Positions 1-9,039 of a stretch of 64,000 nt of DNA are shown in pieces; positions within the stretch are counted from its first letter, which is position 1; every line of letters starts with the position of its first letter. A model generated the notes under the pieces. That model made no database searches and had not been told where the DNA came from. It worked only from the letters and a program-made list of their open reading frames with translations. The translations under genes were made by a program, and so were the position numbers. Where the stretch lies: positions 1,193 to 65,192 of the forward strand of contig DASUUC010000085.1 in NCBI GenBank assembly GCA_036374335.1. The letters are read 5' to 3'. The DNA comes from Acidimicrobiia bacterium (lineage in GTDB: Bacteria > Actinomycetota > Acidimicrobiia > Spongiisociales > ZC4RG35).

Positions 1-7
1 TCGCTAT

Positions 8-1528
8 TTGATGATCTCGATTTGGGTGGGCGTGCCGTTTTTGGCTGTGGTCGGGCTCATCCTCGACAAGCCCACGTACGCCGTGGGGCTGACGTCGATT
101 GTGCTCGTTGCGCTGGCACTCGGCGGAATGACCACTGGGAACTTCGCCACCGTGGCAGTGAGCCTCGGGCTCGTCGCCGCAGCCGGGGTCGTGGTCGCCT
201 ACGCAGACGGCGCCACTGTCGCTCACTTCGCCTTTTTCGTCGCGGTCGGTGCCGTCTCCTCCTACCGACGTTCCCAGCCAATGGCCGCTGCAGTGTTCGC
301 CATCGCTATCTACCACCTCCTTACGGTTCCCGTCGGCGAGACTCTCATCCACACCGGCACCATCGCCTTCTTTGCGTTGGTTCTCATGGCAGGGTGGCGA
401 CTGACCCCGGAGGAGCCTGCCACCCCCACCACCTCCAGCGATCGTTTCCGGATCGGCTTCGAAGAGGCACCCATCGGCATGGCCGTCCTCAAACCCTCGG
501 GTGAGTTCCTCGAGGTGAACAAGGCTATGGTCGAGATCCTGGGGTATCCCCCCGAGTCTGTCCTCGCCACCAACATTTCCCGTTTCGTCCACGCCGACGA
601 CCGGGGGGAGCTGGGCCATGGCTGGGAGGAGATGGGAAACAGCTCCAGTCACAGCGCCACCAAATGGATGCGCTGGCTCACCGCAGACGGTCCACCGATA
701 TGGGCCCGTATCTCCCTGTCGTTGGTGCCGAAGACTGTGGACCAGGCGGCACTCGTCATCCTCCAACTCGAGGATGCCAGCAGTTCATATGAGGAGAAAC
801 GACGCCTGGAATCCCTGCTCGAGGGCAAGGACAGGTTCGTGGCAGCCGTGGGTGAGGAGATTCGTCGGCCACTGGGGTTGCTGATCGACCTCAGCGATCG
901 GGCCGGCCATCGGCACATCGACATGAGTGAGACGCTGCCCCGGATCGAGGCCCACGCCCGAGAGGTGGCCTCCATAGTCGACGATCTCGTCCTCTCCGCG
1001 AAGGCCGACACCATCCCCGCCCCGGTCATGGCCCACCAGCTCGATGCCGAGGTCCTGTGTCGCGACGTCGTCTCCAGGACCCAAGGTGGACAGACGATCA
1101 ACCTCGATATCAAAGCGACGAAGCTGTGGGCGGACCCCACATTGACCCGACGTATCGTCGCCAACCTGGTGAGTAACGCGATCAAGTTTGGCGGCCCGGA
1201 GGTGGGGCTGCACACCCTCACATCGGGTCCGGACACTGTCATCCAGGTGACCGACAACGGGCCCGAGATGCCGGCCCAGGAACGAGAGCGCGTTTTCAGT
1301 GGAGACCTTCGCCACGGGCAGCCCGTCACCAGACCGGCTTCGGTGGGGCTCAGCATGACCGTCGGCCGCCACCTGGCGCGGCAGATGGATGGGGACATCG
1401 AGTACCGGCGCACCGCCGATGGGCGGAATGTCTTCGAGTTGCGTCTGCCGTCCGAACCTTTCTCGGAGATTCCGAGACCGCGGCCCCCACGGGAGGTGAC
1501 CGCGTCGGCGGGGAACGGGGCTAGCTGA
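8..1528 (+). CDS. Membrane-anchored PAS-domain sensor histidine-kinase-like protein; the H-box His appears to be replaced by Glu
   Basis: 506-aa ORF. Hydrophobic N-terminal ~130 aa. PAS-like segment FRIGFEEAPIGMAVLKPSGEFLEVNKAMVEILGY. Phosphotransfer helix FVAAVGEEIRRPL where canonical kinases read SHELRTPL. HATPase_c boxes LVSNAIKFGG, VTDNGPEM, GLSMTVGRHLA. TTG at 8, ATG at 11. Confidence 0.8.
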   Translation: MMISIWVGVPFLAVVGLILDKPTYAVGLTSIVLVALALGGMTTGNFATVAVSLGLVAAAGVVVAYADGATVAHFAFFVAVGAVSSYRRSQPMAAAVFAIAIYHLLTVPVGETLIHTGTIAFFALVLMAGWRLTPEEPATPTTSSDRFRIGFEEAPIGMAVLKPSGEFLEVNKAMVEILGYPPESVLATNISRFVHADDRGELGHGWEEMGNSSSHSATKWMRWLTADGPPIWARISLSLVPKTVDQAALVILQLEDASSSYEEKRRLESLLEGKDRFVAAVGEEIRRPLGLLIDLSDRAGHRHIDMSETLPRIEAHAREVASIVDDLVLSAKADTIPAPVMAHQLDAEVLCRDVVSRTQGGQTINLDIKATKLWADPTLTRRIVANLVSNAIKFGGPEVGLHTLTSGPDTVIQVTDNGPEMPAQERERVFSGDLRHGQPVTRPASVGLSMTVGRHLARQMDGDIEYRRTADGRNVFELRLPSEPFSEIPRPRPPREVTASAGNGAS

Positions 1529-2108
1529 TCCCGGCTCCGCTGGTCGCCAGATCGAGAGCGTGCTCGACCAGAGTCACCAGCACCCGCTGCACATCGACCC
1601 GAACCCGCGCATCGCAAAAGACGATGGGGATCTCGGACCCGACTTGAAGCGCATTGCGGACTTCGTCGACGGTGTGCAGTTTGCGACCGTGGAAGGTGTT
1701 GATAGCGACGACGAAAGGGGTCTGTCGCTTCTCGAAGAAGTCGATGGCAGCAAAGCTCGCATCAATCCGTCGAGTGTCGACGAGGACCACGGCGCCGATG
1801 GCTCCCCGAGCCAACTCGTTCCACATGAAGTGAAAGCGATCCTGGCCCGGCGTGCCGAACAGATAGAGGACCAACTGATGCTTGAGACTTATTCGGCCGA
1901 AGTCCATGGCCACCGTCGTCTCGGTCTTGGTCCCGTCGTCGAACAAATCGTCGATCCCGGCGCTGGCCTCCGTGATGATTGCCTCGCTGCGCAGGGGCTC
2001 GATCTCGGAGATGGCGCCGACAAAAGTGGTCTTGCCCACGCCGAAGCCCCCAGCGACGACGATCTTCACCGGAGTCAATCCGGTTTGTTCAGAGGGACTT
2101 GATTCCAT
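1521..2108 (-). CDS. cvnD: Conservon small GTPase CvnD (Ras/MglA-like ATP/GTP-binding protein)
   Basis: 195 aa from ATG 2108 (MESSPSEQ). P-loop GGFGVGKTT and G3-like FGTPGQ. Start overlaps the cvnC stop by 20 nt. Last gene in the canonical cvnA-B-C-D order. The track ORF extends to 2153, but the extra residues look non-coding. Confidence 0.85.
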   Translation of the reverse strand: MESSPSEQTGLTPVKIVVAGGFGVGKTTFVGAISEIEPLRSEAIITEASAGIDDLFDDGTKTETTVAMDFGRISLKHQLVLYLFGTPGQDRFHFMWNELARGAIGAVVLVDTRRIDASFAAIDFFEKRQTPFVVAINTFHGRKLHTVDEVRNALQVGSEIPIVFCDARVRVDVQRVLVTLVEHALDLATSGAGIS

Positions 2109-2475
2109 CGAGTACCTTGTGCAGTAGGTCTGTATATACCTGACGCTCCGCATCCGCGCCTAGTTCCGGGGGTGGATCGGTGATGGTCACCGCGCCCTGG
2201 GCGCGCAGGTCGTCGGCGAGAACCCGAATCACTCCGACCGGGACATCGAGCAATGCTGCCAGTTCGATGACCGCGGTTTCCCGACGGCTCCTCCTGACGA
2301 TCTCCGCAGACTCCCACTTGAATAGATGGCGTCTTCGCATCCCGTCCGGGGTGGCGGCGACCAAGGCTTCGAGCGCGATGAGCGGAGTGTCGACGCCGGA
2401 GCGGCCCCCCGTCATGGTGTAGGGCCGGACAATGCGCCCGCCGACCGGAGATTCGGGCATATCCGCTGCGCTCAT
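2089..2475 (-). CDS. cvnC: Conservon protein CvnC (DUF742)
   Basis: 128 aa from ATG 2475, with an ATGA overlap on the cvnB stop. DUF742 hallmark VRPYTMTGGRS. Position between the roadblock gene and the GTPase gene. Confidence 0.8.
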   Translation of the reverse strand: MSAADMPESPVGGRIVRPYTMTGGRSGVDTPLIALEALVAATPDGMRRRHLFKWESAEIVRRSRRETAVIELAALLDVPVGVIRVLADDLRAQGAVTITDPPPELGADAERQVYTDLLHKVLDGIKSL

Positions 2476-2891
2476 TCGGTCTGGGCGAGTTGTGCCTTCA
2501 ACCTCTGGCGGACATCCGGGGTGAGACTGTCTCCCACCCGCTGGACGAATATCGACATCTCGAAGGCGATGGCACCCATGTCGATGTCTTTCTCGGTGAG
2601 GCAACAGATCAGGGAGCCATCACGGATGCCGGTGACGAATAGCCACCCGTTCTCCATCTCGACGATCACATTTGAGACCGGACCCGCGCCGAATCTGCCC
2701 GCCGATCCGTAAGCGAGCCCGATCATGCCGGACGACACTGCAGCCAACCGATCGGCCGTTTCCCGGTCGACTCCATCGGACTTGGCCAAGGCGAGCCCAT
2801 CTGAGGAGACGACCACGGCTTGTCTGATCCCGGGCACGGTGGAGCAAAGTCGCTCGAGCAGCCAGTTGAGATTCTCGGCCGGGCTCGTCAC
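2472..2891 (-). CDS. cvnB: Conservon protein CvnB (roadblock/LC7 domain)
   Basis: 139 aa. GTGA overlap with the cvnA stop. Roadblock/LC7-like sequence (GIRQAVVVSSDGLALAKS ... WLFVTGIRDGSLICCL). Confidence 0.85.
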   Translation of the reverse strand: MTSPAENLNWLLERLCSTVPGIRQAVVVSSDGLALAKSDGVDRETADRLAAVSSGMIGLAYGSAGRFGAGPVSNVIVEMENGWLFVTGIRDGSLICCLTEKDIDMGAIAFEMSIFVQRVGDSLTPDVRQRLKAQLAQTE

Positions 2892-4462
2892 TTCTGTCCC
2901 TCGTTGTCCTCGTGATCGCCGTCAGTTGGCTTGGCGTCCCCGGACGCCTCCGCCGATCGGCGACCCCGATCGTACGCGGCCAGAGCGGTCTTAATGCGTG
3001 AGGCACCTTCTCCGGCGGAGACACTGGGCGTCTCCTCGTCGGAATCGACGAAAGAGCCGCCCGGGGTGCGCACCGGCAGCTCGGTTGGCCCGCTTTCGGA
3101 TGGATCCAGGTATGGCGGCGCGGTGAGATCGACGATCTCGTCCGGCGTCCGAGAGGAGGAGTCACCCACCGGGGTGTCGACCACCTCGTCCCGGCTCTTC
3201 TTGAACACATACGCCCTGGTCTCGGCGTCGGCAAACTCCACCTCAGGTATCGATTCAGGACTCGCCTCTGCATGCTTCACAGAGCGATCGGTATCCCAGG
3301 GGCGGGTCTCGGGCTCCTTGGTGACCTCGAGGTGGTCGCGAGGAATCGTGATCCGAGCAGTGATGCCGGGAACTCCCCTGATCATCTCCACTTTCAAACC
3401 GTGGCGATGTGCCAGTTTGGCGACGACATACATCCCGAGGGTGGGCTCGACAGAGAGACCGAGCGCAGGGGGACGCTCGAGGATTCGATTCATCTCTTCG
3501 ATACGCGCCTCGGACATGCCCACCCCTCGATCCGAGATCGCGAGCTGATAGCCGTCCATGTCAAAGAGACCTGTCACTCGGATCATCTCCGACGGTGGCG
3601 AGAACTGGATGGCGTTGTCCAGGAGCTCGGCGACGAGATGGCTGACATCGGAGACTGCTCCACCGGAGAGGCGAGCCGGCTCCAGCGCCAGCACCTCGAT
3701 CCGTTGGTACTCGTCGATCTCACTGACAGCCGCCCTCACGACGTCGGACATGTCGGTGGCCTTGGCCCACACTCTGGGCGACTCTGAGCCGGCGAGGACA
3801 AGAAGGCTCTCGGCGTTGCGTCGCATCCTGGCGGCGAGATGGTCGAGTTGATAGAACCCGCCAAGGACTTTGGGGTCGTCTTCGCGAGACTCGAGCTGAT
3901 CGAGTAGAGCGAGTTGGCGATCGACGAGCGAGCTGTTGCGCCGCGCCAGGGTCACGAAGATCGAGGACACCCCACTGCGCAGCGCCTCCATCTGACGGGC
4001 ACCGACTTCGATCAGCGAACCGTGTAGGCCCTCGATGGACCGGGCGAGGTCGCCGAGCTCGTCGCCGCGACTGACTTCCAGGGTCATGGGGGCGATCGCA
4101 CCGAGATCGAAATCCGGGCTGCGGAGGGCATCGAGCAACTCGACGAGGTCTTTGTCAGCCACCCGTTTGACCGCCGTGGAGACTTCGTCGATCCGGCGCG
4201 TCATGGAGCGCCCCGCCCTATGAGCCGCCATCAGGGTTCCGGAGGCAGTCGCCAGTACCGCTATTGCGATAGCGATGGCGATCCACTCGGCGCCGGAGAA
4301 ACCATCTGTGGTGTCAGAGGAGATGAGGTTCCAGACGAGGAACAGCCCCAGCAGCAGGGTCACCACTGCCAGCGGTACCACCGTGAGGGTCAACCTCGAC
4401 GGGATACTCCACTGCCTCGTCGCAGATTCTGCGTTGATTGGGACGGCCTCCCTCGGCTTCAT
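2888..4462 (-). CDS. cvnA: Conservon sensor-kinase-like membrane protein CvnA
   Basis: 524 aa from ATG 4462 (alternative GTG at 4561). N-terminal TM segments, a coiled linker, then a C-terminal HATPase_c-like region (ELLDNAIQFSPP; ISDRGVGMS; LGMYVVAKLAHRHG) and an acidic/Pro-rich tail. First gene of the four-gene conservon. The hairpin at 4572-4609 leaves promoter room only if the start is 4462. Confidence 0.8.
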   Translation of the reverse strand: MKPREAVPINAESATRQWSIPSRLTLTVVPLAVVTLLLGLFLVWNLISSDTTDGFSGAEWIAIAIAIAVLATASGTLMAAHRAGRSMTRRIDEVSTAVKRVADKDLVELLDALRSPDFDLGAIAPMTLEVSRGDELGDLARSIEGLHGSLIEVGARQMEALRSGVSSIFVTLARRNSSLVDRQLALLDQLESREDDPKVLGGFYQLDHLAARMRRNAESLLVLAGSESPRVWAKATDMSDVVRAAVSEIDEYQRIEVLALEPARLSGGAVSDVSHLVAELLDNAIQFSPPSEMIRVTGLFDMDGYQLAISDRGVGMSEARIEEMNRILERPPALGLSVEPTLGMYVVAKLAHRHGLKVEMIRGVPGITARITIPRDHLEVTKEPETRPWDTDRSVKHAEASPESIPEVEFADAETRAYVFKKSRDEVVDTPVGDSSSRTPDEIVDLTAPPYLDPSESGPTELPVRTPGGSFVDSDEETPSVSAGEGASRIKTALAAYDRGRRSAEASGDAKPTDGDHEDNEGQK

Positions 4463-4571
4463 CCCGCGGGACGTTACCGGGGGGCCCCATGATTTCCTGG
4501 CAGCGTCGTCCGGAAATCCATCGTGAGCGAGTGGAGAACCTTCGGAGTGACCAGCCCGCACAGAGGAGTTG

Positions 4572-4609
4572 GATGAGGGTGACCGCCCATCAGGGCGGTC
4601 ACCCTCATC
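4572..4609 (-). terminator. Perfect 17-bp stem / 4-nt loop hairpin just downstream of the 5'-nucleotidase stop
   Basis: gatgagggtgaccgccc-atca-gggcggtcaccctcatc read directly. It starts 7 nt after the TGA at 4616-4618 (minus strand). No U-tract. Confidence 0.55.
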
Positions 4610-4615
4610 GCTTCA

Positions 4616-6325
4616 TCAGGGAGTAGGTATGGGACAGCCAGCCCCAACACATTCGATCCTGCCCTGAATGGTTGGCGAGATGGTCCCTTCGGCCTCGATG
4701 TGGGCCGCCACGACCTGGTCCATGAACTCACGGGTTGTCGCCCTGGCGATCACCACCGGATAGCCGTCGCCACCACTGGCCATGAAGTCATTGATGGCGA
4801 CCGTGTAGTTGGCTGCCGCGCCGAAGTCCACCGCAGCCCCGGTGCAGGAGCCATCGGCGGCCTGGTGCACCGCGCCGGTCACCTGACTGCCGACAGCCGC
4901 GGTGATGTCATAGGTGAAGCACAACCCCGACACCTGGGCGAACCGACCGTCTGCCCCTGGCATCGCGGACACGCCACGCTCCAGGAAGGCTTTCAGCTCT
5001 GCTCCGGTGACCTCGACCGTGGCCACCACGTTACCGAAGGGCAACACGGTGAGTACTTGTCCCTGGGTGATGGGATAGGGAGGCGGGGTGAACGGAGGGC
5101 AGAAATCGGTGTCGACATCGGCCACCGGACAGGTGAGGTCAGACCGCAAACCACCCGAGTTGGTGATGGCAAAGTCGGTCTCGTAGGTGAGACGCAGCGC
5201 GTCGGTGACGACATTGCCCACCAGTGATTCACAGGTCCGACCTTCGCCATGCCCACAGGAGTCCGCACGCGGTATAGCCACCGTAGAGTGGCCGACGATG
5301 GTGTTCAGGATCGGGCCCAGCTCGTCGCGGAAGGGCTGCAGCACGGCCTCCACCGCCGGGTCGGGAGTCACATCGGCCGAGACCGGTTCCACGAACTCCA
5401 CCGATTTCTCCAACACCCCACCTTTGCCGGTCTTCACTTCGAGAGAGATACGCGAATAGGTCCGTCCCTTGGAGCGGTTCTCAACCACCAGGGCGCCGCT
5501 GATGGTGTCCGAGAACTGAACGTCGGTGTGATCACCGAGGATCAGGTCGAAGCCTTCCACCTCGTTGGCCAGGTCGATCAGCTCTCCGCTGGGTGGGTCC
5601 AGAGTCCGTATCCCGTCGTGGGCGACGAGGATGAACACATCGACCCCACGGCGCGCCAGCCGGTCCCGGATCTCCTGCGCGGCCGCGGCGGCATCTCCTA
5701 CTTCGATGTCGCCGAAGCTGTCCGGGAACACCAGTGTGGGCGCTTCTTCGTTGGTCACACCGATCACGGCCACCTTGACTCCGGGGAAGTGGAAGATCTT
5801 GTAGGGCTCGACTCCCTCGACATCGGTCTGCAGCTCTCCGATTCCGGTGTCCTCATCGATCGTGCCCTGTTCGAACAGATTCGCGCCAAGGTAGGTGTAC
5901 TCGGCGAGGTCCACCATCTCCTGGAGATGATCGACGCCCTTGTCGAAGTTGTGGTTACCCAGGGCACTGACATCGGTGCCCATCAGATTCTGGGCAAGGA
6001 CTGCCGGCACCTCATCGAAGAAGCTGGACAGCGGTGGGCTGGCGCCGAAATCGTCTCCACCGGTGATTATCAGAGTGTTCGGATTGTTGGCCTCATCCTG
6101 TTGGAAGTACGTCGCCAATTCGGCGGCTCCCCCAAAGGTTCCCTCGCCGAAGATCGAGAGCGGGTCGAGCTGTCCATGCCAGTCGGAGTACTGGATGATC
6201 TGAAGCTCGGTCACCCCACCCCGCGGGGGTTCTGGTGGGCCGGCCCCAGCGACCGGCAGTGTGGTCAGTACCAACGAAGCAATCGCAGCGATTGCGATCG
6301 TCAGTCGACGCGTTCTCGTTCTCAC
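4616..6325 (-). CDS. Secreted bifunctional metallophosphatase/5'-nucleotidase (UshA/YfkN-like)
   Basis: 569 aa from GTG 6325, preceded by GGAGGTGCC. Signal-peptide-like RTRTRRLTIAIAAIASLVLTTLPVAGA. Metallophosphoesterase motifs YSDWHG, GGDDFG, GNHNFD, VAHDG, GDHTD. 5'-nucleotidase C-terminal domain (ITNSGGLRSDL). The track ORF reaching 6943 is an artefactual upstream extension. Confidence 0.85.
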   Translation of the reverse strand: MRTRTRRLTIAIAAIASLVLTTLPVAGAGPPEPPRGGVTELQIIQYSDWHGQLDPLSIFGEGTFGGAAELATYFQQDEANNPNTLIITGGDDFGASPPLSSFFDEVPAVLAQNLMGTDVSALGNHNFDKGVDHLQEMVDLAEYTYLGANLFEQGTIDEDTGIGELQTDVEGVEPYKIFHFPGVKVAVIGVTNEEAPTLVFPDSFGDIEVGDAAAAAQEIRDRLARRGVDVFILVAHDGIRTLDPPSGELIDLANEVEGFDLILGDHTDVQFSDTISGALVVENRSKGRTYSRISLEVKTGKGGVLEKSVEFVEPVSADVTPDPAVEAVLQPFRDELGPILNTIVGHSTVAIPRADSCGHGEGRTCESLVGNVVTDALRLTYETDFAITNSGGLRSDLTCPVADVDTDFCPPFTPPPYPITQGQVLTVLPFGNVVATVEVTGAELKAFLERGVSAMPGADGRFAQVSGLCFTYDITAAVGSQVTGAVHQAADGSCTGAAVDFGAAANYTVAINDFMASGGDGYPVVIARATTREFMDQVVAAHIEAEGTISPTIQGRIECVGAGCPIPTP

Positions 6326-6473
6326 GGCACCTCCTCGTCCATTACCGACCACGATACGCGTCCCATGACGGCGTGATGGCGCGGGCCTCCAGTCAGCCAC
6401 CTGCCCTGGCTCACCATGGCCCCAAGATGAATCGGCGGCTGCCGCCTGTGGTCCGTGCCGAAACCACTCTCTG

Positions 6474-6506
6474 GTTCCATGCGAATTCGAAAAGCGTTCG
6501 ATCGTC
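6474..6506. promoter_or_regulatory. Three tandem 11-nt direct repeats resembling actinobacterial PHO boxes (putative PhoP site)
   Basis: GTTCcatgcga / ATTCgaaaagc / GTTCgatcgtc with exact 11-nt phasing. They lie in the divergent region between the secreted 5'-nucleotidase and nuclease genes. The match to the Streptomyces GTTCA-type repeat unit is only partial. Confidence 0.3.
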
Positions 6507-6580
6507 GGGCGATCCCACGTTTGAGCCCGTTTCTCATATGGGCACGTAAGGTGGGCGCCAACCACCGAGAAGGAGAGGCT

Positions 6581-9037
6581 TTGAAGCACCGAAATCTCGC
6601 CGCACTCGCGGCCATGGCGCTGCTGGCAGCCTTGATTCCGACCACTGCATTGGCCGCCGGACCTGGCATCACCATCAATGAGGTCCGAATCGATCAAGGC
6701 GGAGCAGACAACGACGAGTACTTCGAGTTGACGGGGGATGCCGACGCAAGTCTCGAAGGGCTGACCTACCTGGTCATTGGGGACGGCGAGGGTGGGTCCG
6801 GTGTCATCGAGGCAGTGGTCGATCTCTTCGGGCAGAGTCTCGACGCTGACGGTTTCTTCGTGGCCGCCGAGTCGACCTTCGGCCTCGGCACTGCCGATCT
6901 GACCACGAATCTCAACTTCGAAAACAGTGACAATGTCACTCACCTCCTGGTGGAGGGATTCACCGGGGACAACGGCGACGATCTCGACACCAACGACGAC
7001 GGCGTTCTCGATGTCACCCCGTGGTCGGAGATCCTCGACTCCGTGGCGCTGATCGAGACACCCTCATCCGGCGATCAGTTCTACGGGGATGTGACTGTCG
7101 GTCCCGATGGATCGTTCGTACCTGGCCATGTGTACGACTGCGTCGACTTCGGCTGGTTCATCGGCGGATTTGATGCGGGCACGGACGACACGCCGGGTGC
7201 GATAAGCGACTGCCCCGTGGACAGGGGCGAGGTCACCATCCACGACGTGCAGGGGTCCGGGGCTGATTCTCCGTTCGATGGAGATTTCGTGACTATCGAA
7301 GGGGTGGTCGTGGGCGACTACCAGGGTGACGGAGAGAACCAACTCGGTGGTTTCAATCTGCAAGAGGAGAGCGACGATCAGGACACCGCCCCGGCGACTT
7401 CGGAGGGGATCTTCGTCTTCGCCCCGTTCGCCCCCGAAGTCGAGATCGGCGATGTCGTGAGCGTCACCGGAACGGTCGACGAGTTCGGCGGTATGACCGA
7501 GATCACCGACGTCACCGACGTCACATTCAATGGTTCGGCCCCCGACGAGGTTACCGCTGTGGAGCTCTACCTCCCGGTGACCGACCCCAGTGACTTCGAG
7601 CCCTTCGAGGGAATGCTGATCACCTTCCCCCAGGACCTGTATACCTCTGAGTTCTTCAACTTCGACCGTTTCGGTGAGATCGTGCTCACCACGGAGCGTC
7701 AGTTCCAGGGAACCCATGTCGCCGAGCCCGGTCCGGCCGCCAACGCCGTGGCTGAAGCCAACGCCTTGGCCCGCATCACGCTCGATGACACCCGGACCGC
7801 CGAGAACCCGGAGACGGTGACCCATCCCGACGGGCAGCCCTTCACCCTGGAGCACACCTTCCGGGGTGGAGACGTCCTCCAGGACGTGACCGGGACCATG
7901 CACTTCGGGTTCGGTCGGTACCGGATCCAGCCGGTGTATTTCGACCAGGTCGATGGTGTCGACGGGCCGGTGGTGACCTACAGCAACGAGAACCCAAGGC
8001 CCACCACGCCCGATCCTATCGAAGGCGATGTCAGGGTGGCGTCGTTCAACGTGTTGAACTTCTTCACCCACATCGACGACGGATCCGACATCTGTGGGCC
8101 GACCGGCAACCTCGAGTGCCGGGGTGCCGACACCTCGGAGGAGTTCCAACGTCAGCTCGACAAGCTGGTGGCCGGAATTCTGGCGCTGGACGCCGACATC
8201 GTCGGCATCCAGGAGATCGAGAATGACATCCTCGGGACTGACGGCGACCGCGCCCACAACCCGGTGCTCACTCTGGTCGAGGAGCTGAACACGGCAGAGC
8301 GAACCGAGGTGTGGGCATGGGTCGGTGAGGCCAACCACTACAACGACTATCCGGTCCGCAACGACATCATCTATCGGATCGACGCCGTCGAGCCGGTGGG
8401 TGATCCGATTGCCTTCGCACACGCGGCCTTCGACAGCACCCGACCCGGTGATATCGAGCCGTTGGGCCGGCCCCCGCTGGCGCAGACCTTCCGCCAGATC
8501 GTCGACAAGGGCAGCAGACAACCGTTCACGGTGGTGGTCAACCACTTCAAGTCGAAAGGCTCTTCTTGCGCCAGCATCGGCGACCCCGACACCGGTGACG
8601 GCCAGGGCAACTGCAACCTGGCCCGGGTTGCCCAGTCCGAAGCGCTACTCGGATTCGTCGACACCCTCGGTGAGGAATCCAGCGGTGTTCTAGTGATCGG
8701 TGACCTCAACAGCTACGCCATGGAGGATCCGATCACGACCCTCGAGAACGCCGGGTTGACGGATCTCGTCGAAGAGTTCATCGGCCCCGACGCCTATTCC
8801 TTCGTGTTCGACGGCCAACTCGGCTATCTGGACACGGCTCTGGCGACACGGTCGATGCTGAACTCGGTGACCGGGACCACCATCTTCCACATCAACGCCG
8901 ACGAGCCGGACATCCTCGACTACGACATGACGTTCAAGTCCGACTATCAGGACACGCTCTATGAGCCGTTTGCATATCGGGTGTCCGACCACGATCCGGT
9001 GATCATCGGCCTGACCTTCGGAGGTCCGCGCCGATAG
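6581..9037 (+). CDS. ExeM/NucH-type extracellular nuclease (lamin-tail domain plus endonuclease/exonuclease/phosphatase domain)
   Basis: 818 aa from TTG 6581, preceded by GAAGGAGAGG. Signal peptide KHRNLAALAAMALLAALIPTTALAAGPG. LTD-like ITINEVRIDQGGADNDEYFELTG. EEP motifs VASFNVLNFF, DADIVGIQEIE, RVSDHDPVIIGL. Confidence 0.8.
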   Translation: MKHRNLAALAAMALLAALIPTTALAAGPGITINEVRIDQGGADNDEYFELTGDADASLEGLTYLVIGDGEGGSGVIEAVVDLFGQSLDADGFFVAAESTFGLGTADLTTNLNFENSDNVTHLLVEGFTGDNGDDLDTNDDGVLDVTPWSEILDSVALIETPSSGDQFYGDVTVGPDGSFVPGHVYDCVDFGWFIGGFDAGTDDTPGAISDCPVDRGEVTIHDVQGSGADSPFDGDFVTIEGVVVGDYQGDGENQLGGFNLQEESDDQDTAPATSEGIFVFAPFAPEVEIGDVVSVTGTVDEFGGMTEITDVTDVTFNGSAPDEVTAVELYLPVTDPSDFEPFEGMLITFPQDLYTSEFFNFDRFGEIVLTTERQFQGTHVAEPGPAANAVAEANALARITLDDTRTAENPETVTHPDGQPFTLEHTFRGGDVLQDVTGTMHFGFGRYRIQPVYFDQVDGVDGPVVTYSNENPRPTTPDPIEGDVRVASFNVLNFFTHIDDGSDICGPTGNLECRGADTSEEFQRQLDKLVAGILALDADIVGIQEIENDILGTDGDRAHNPVLTLVEELNTAERTEVWAWVGEANHYNDYPVRNDIIYRIDAVEPVGDPIAFAHAAFDSTRPGDIEPLGRPPLAQTFRQIVDKGSRQPFTVVVNHFKSKGSSCASIGDPDTGDGQGNCNLARVAQSEALLGFVDTLGEESSGVLVIGDLNSYAMEDPITTLENAGLTDLVEEFIGPDAYSFVFDGQLGYLDTALATRSMLNSVTGTTIFHINADEPDILDYDMTFKSDYQDTLYEPFAYRVSDHDPVIIGLTFGGPRR

Positions 9038-9039
9038 TC

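Noticed and set aside
6326-6943. N-terminal extension of the 5'-nucleotidase ORF (the track lists 775 aa). The analogous extension of the nuclease ORF covers 6455-6580.
   Set aside because: The extensions are non-protein-like and run antisense to or across the divergent promoter region. Good SDs plus signal peptides begin at GTG 6325 and TTG 6581.
7064-8545. 493-aa minus-strand ORF inside the nuclease gene. Similar long antisense or alternative-frame ORFs include 5249-6376 (+), 31105-32487 (+), 42527-43633 (-), 38582-39721 (+), 23564-24532 (-) and 44476-46047 (-).
   Set aside because: Their composition is Arg/Gly/Pro/His-rich and low in complexity, with no recognisable motifs. Each is fully overlapped by an ORF with clear family signatures. 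Long stop-free shadow frames are expected in high-GC DNA.
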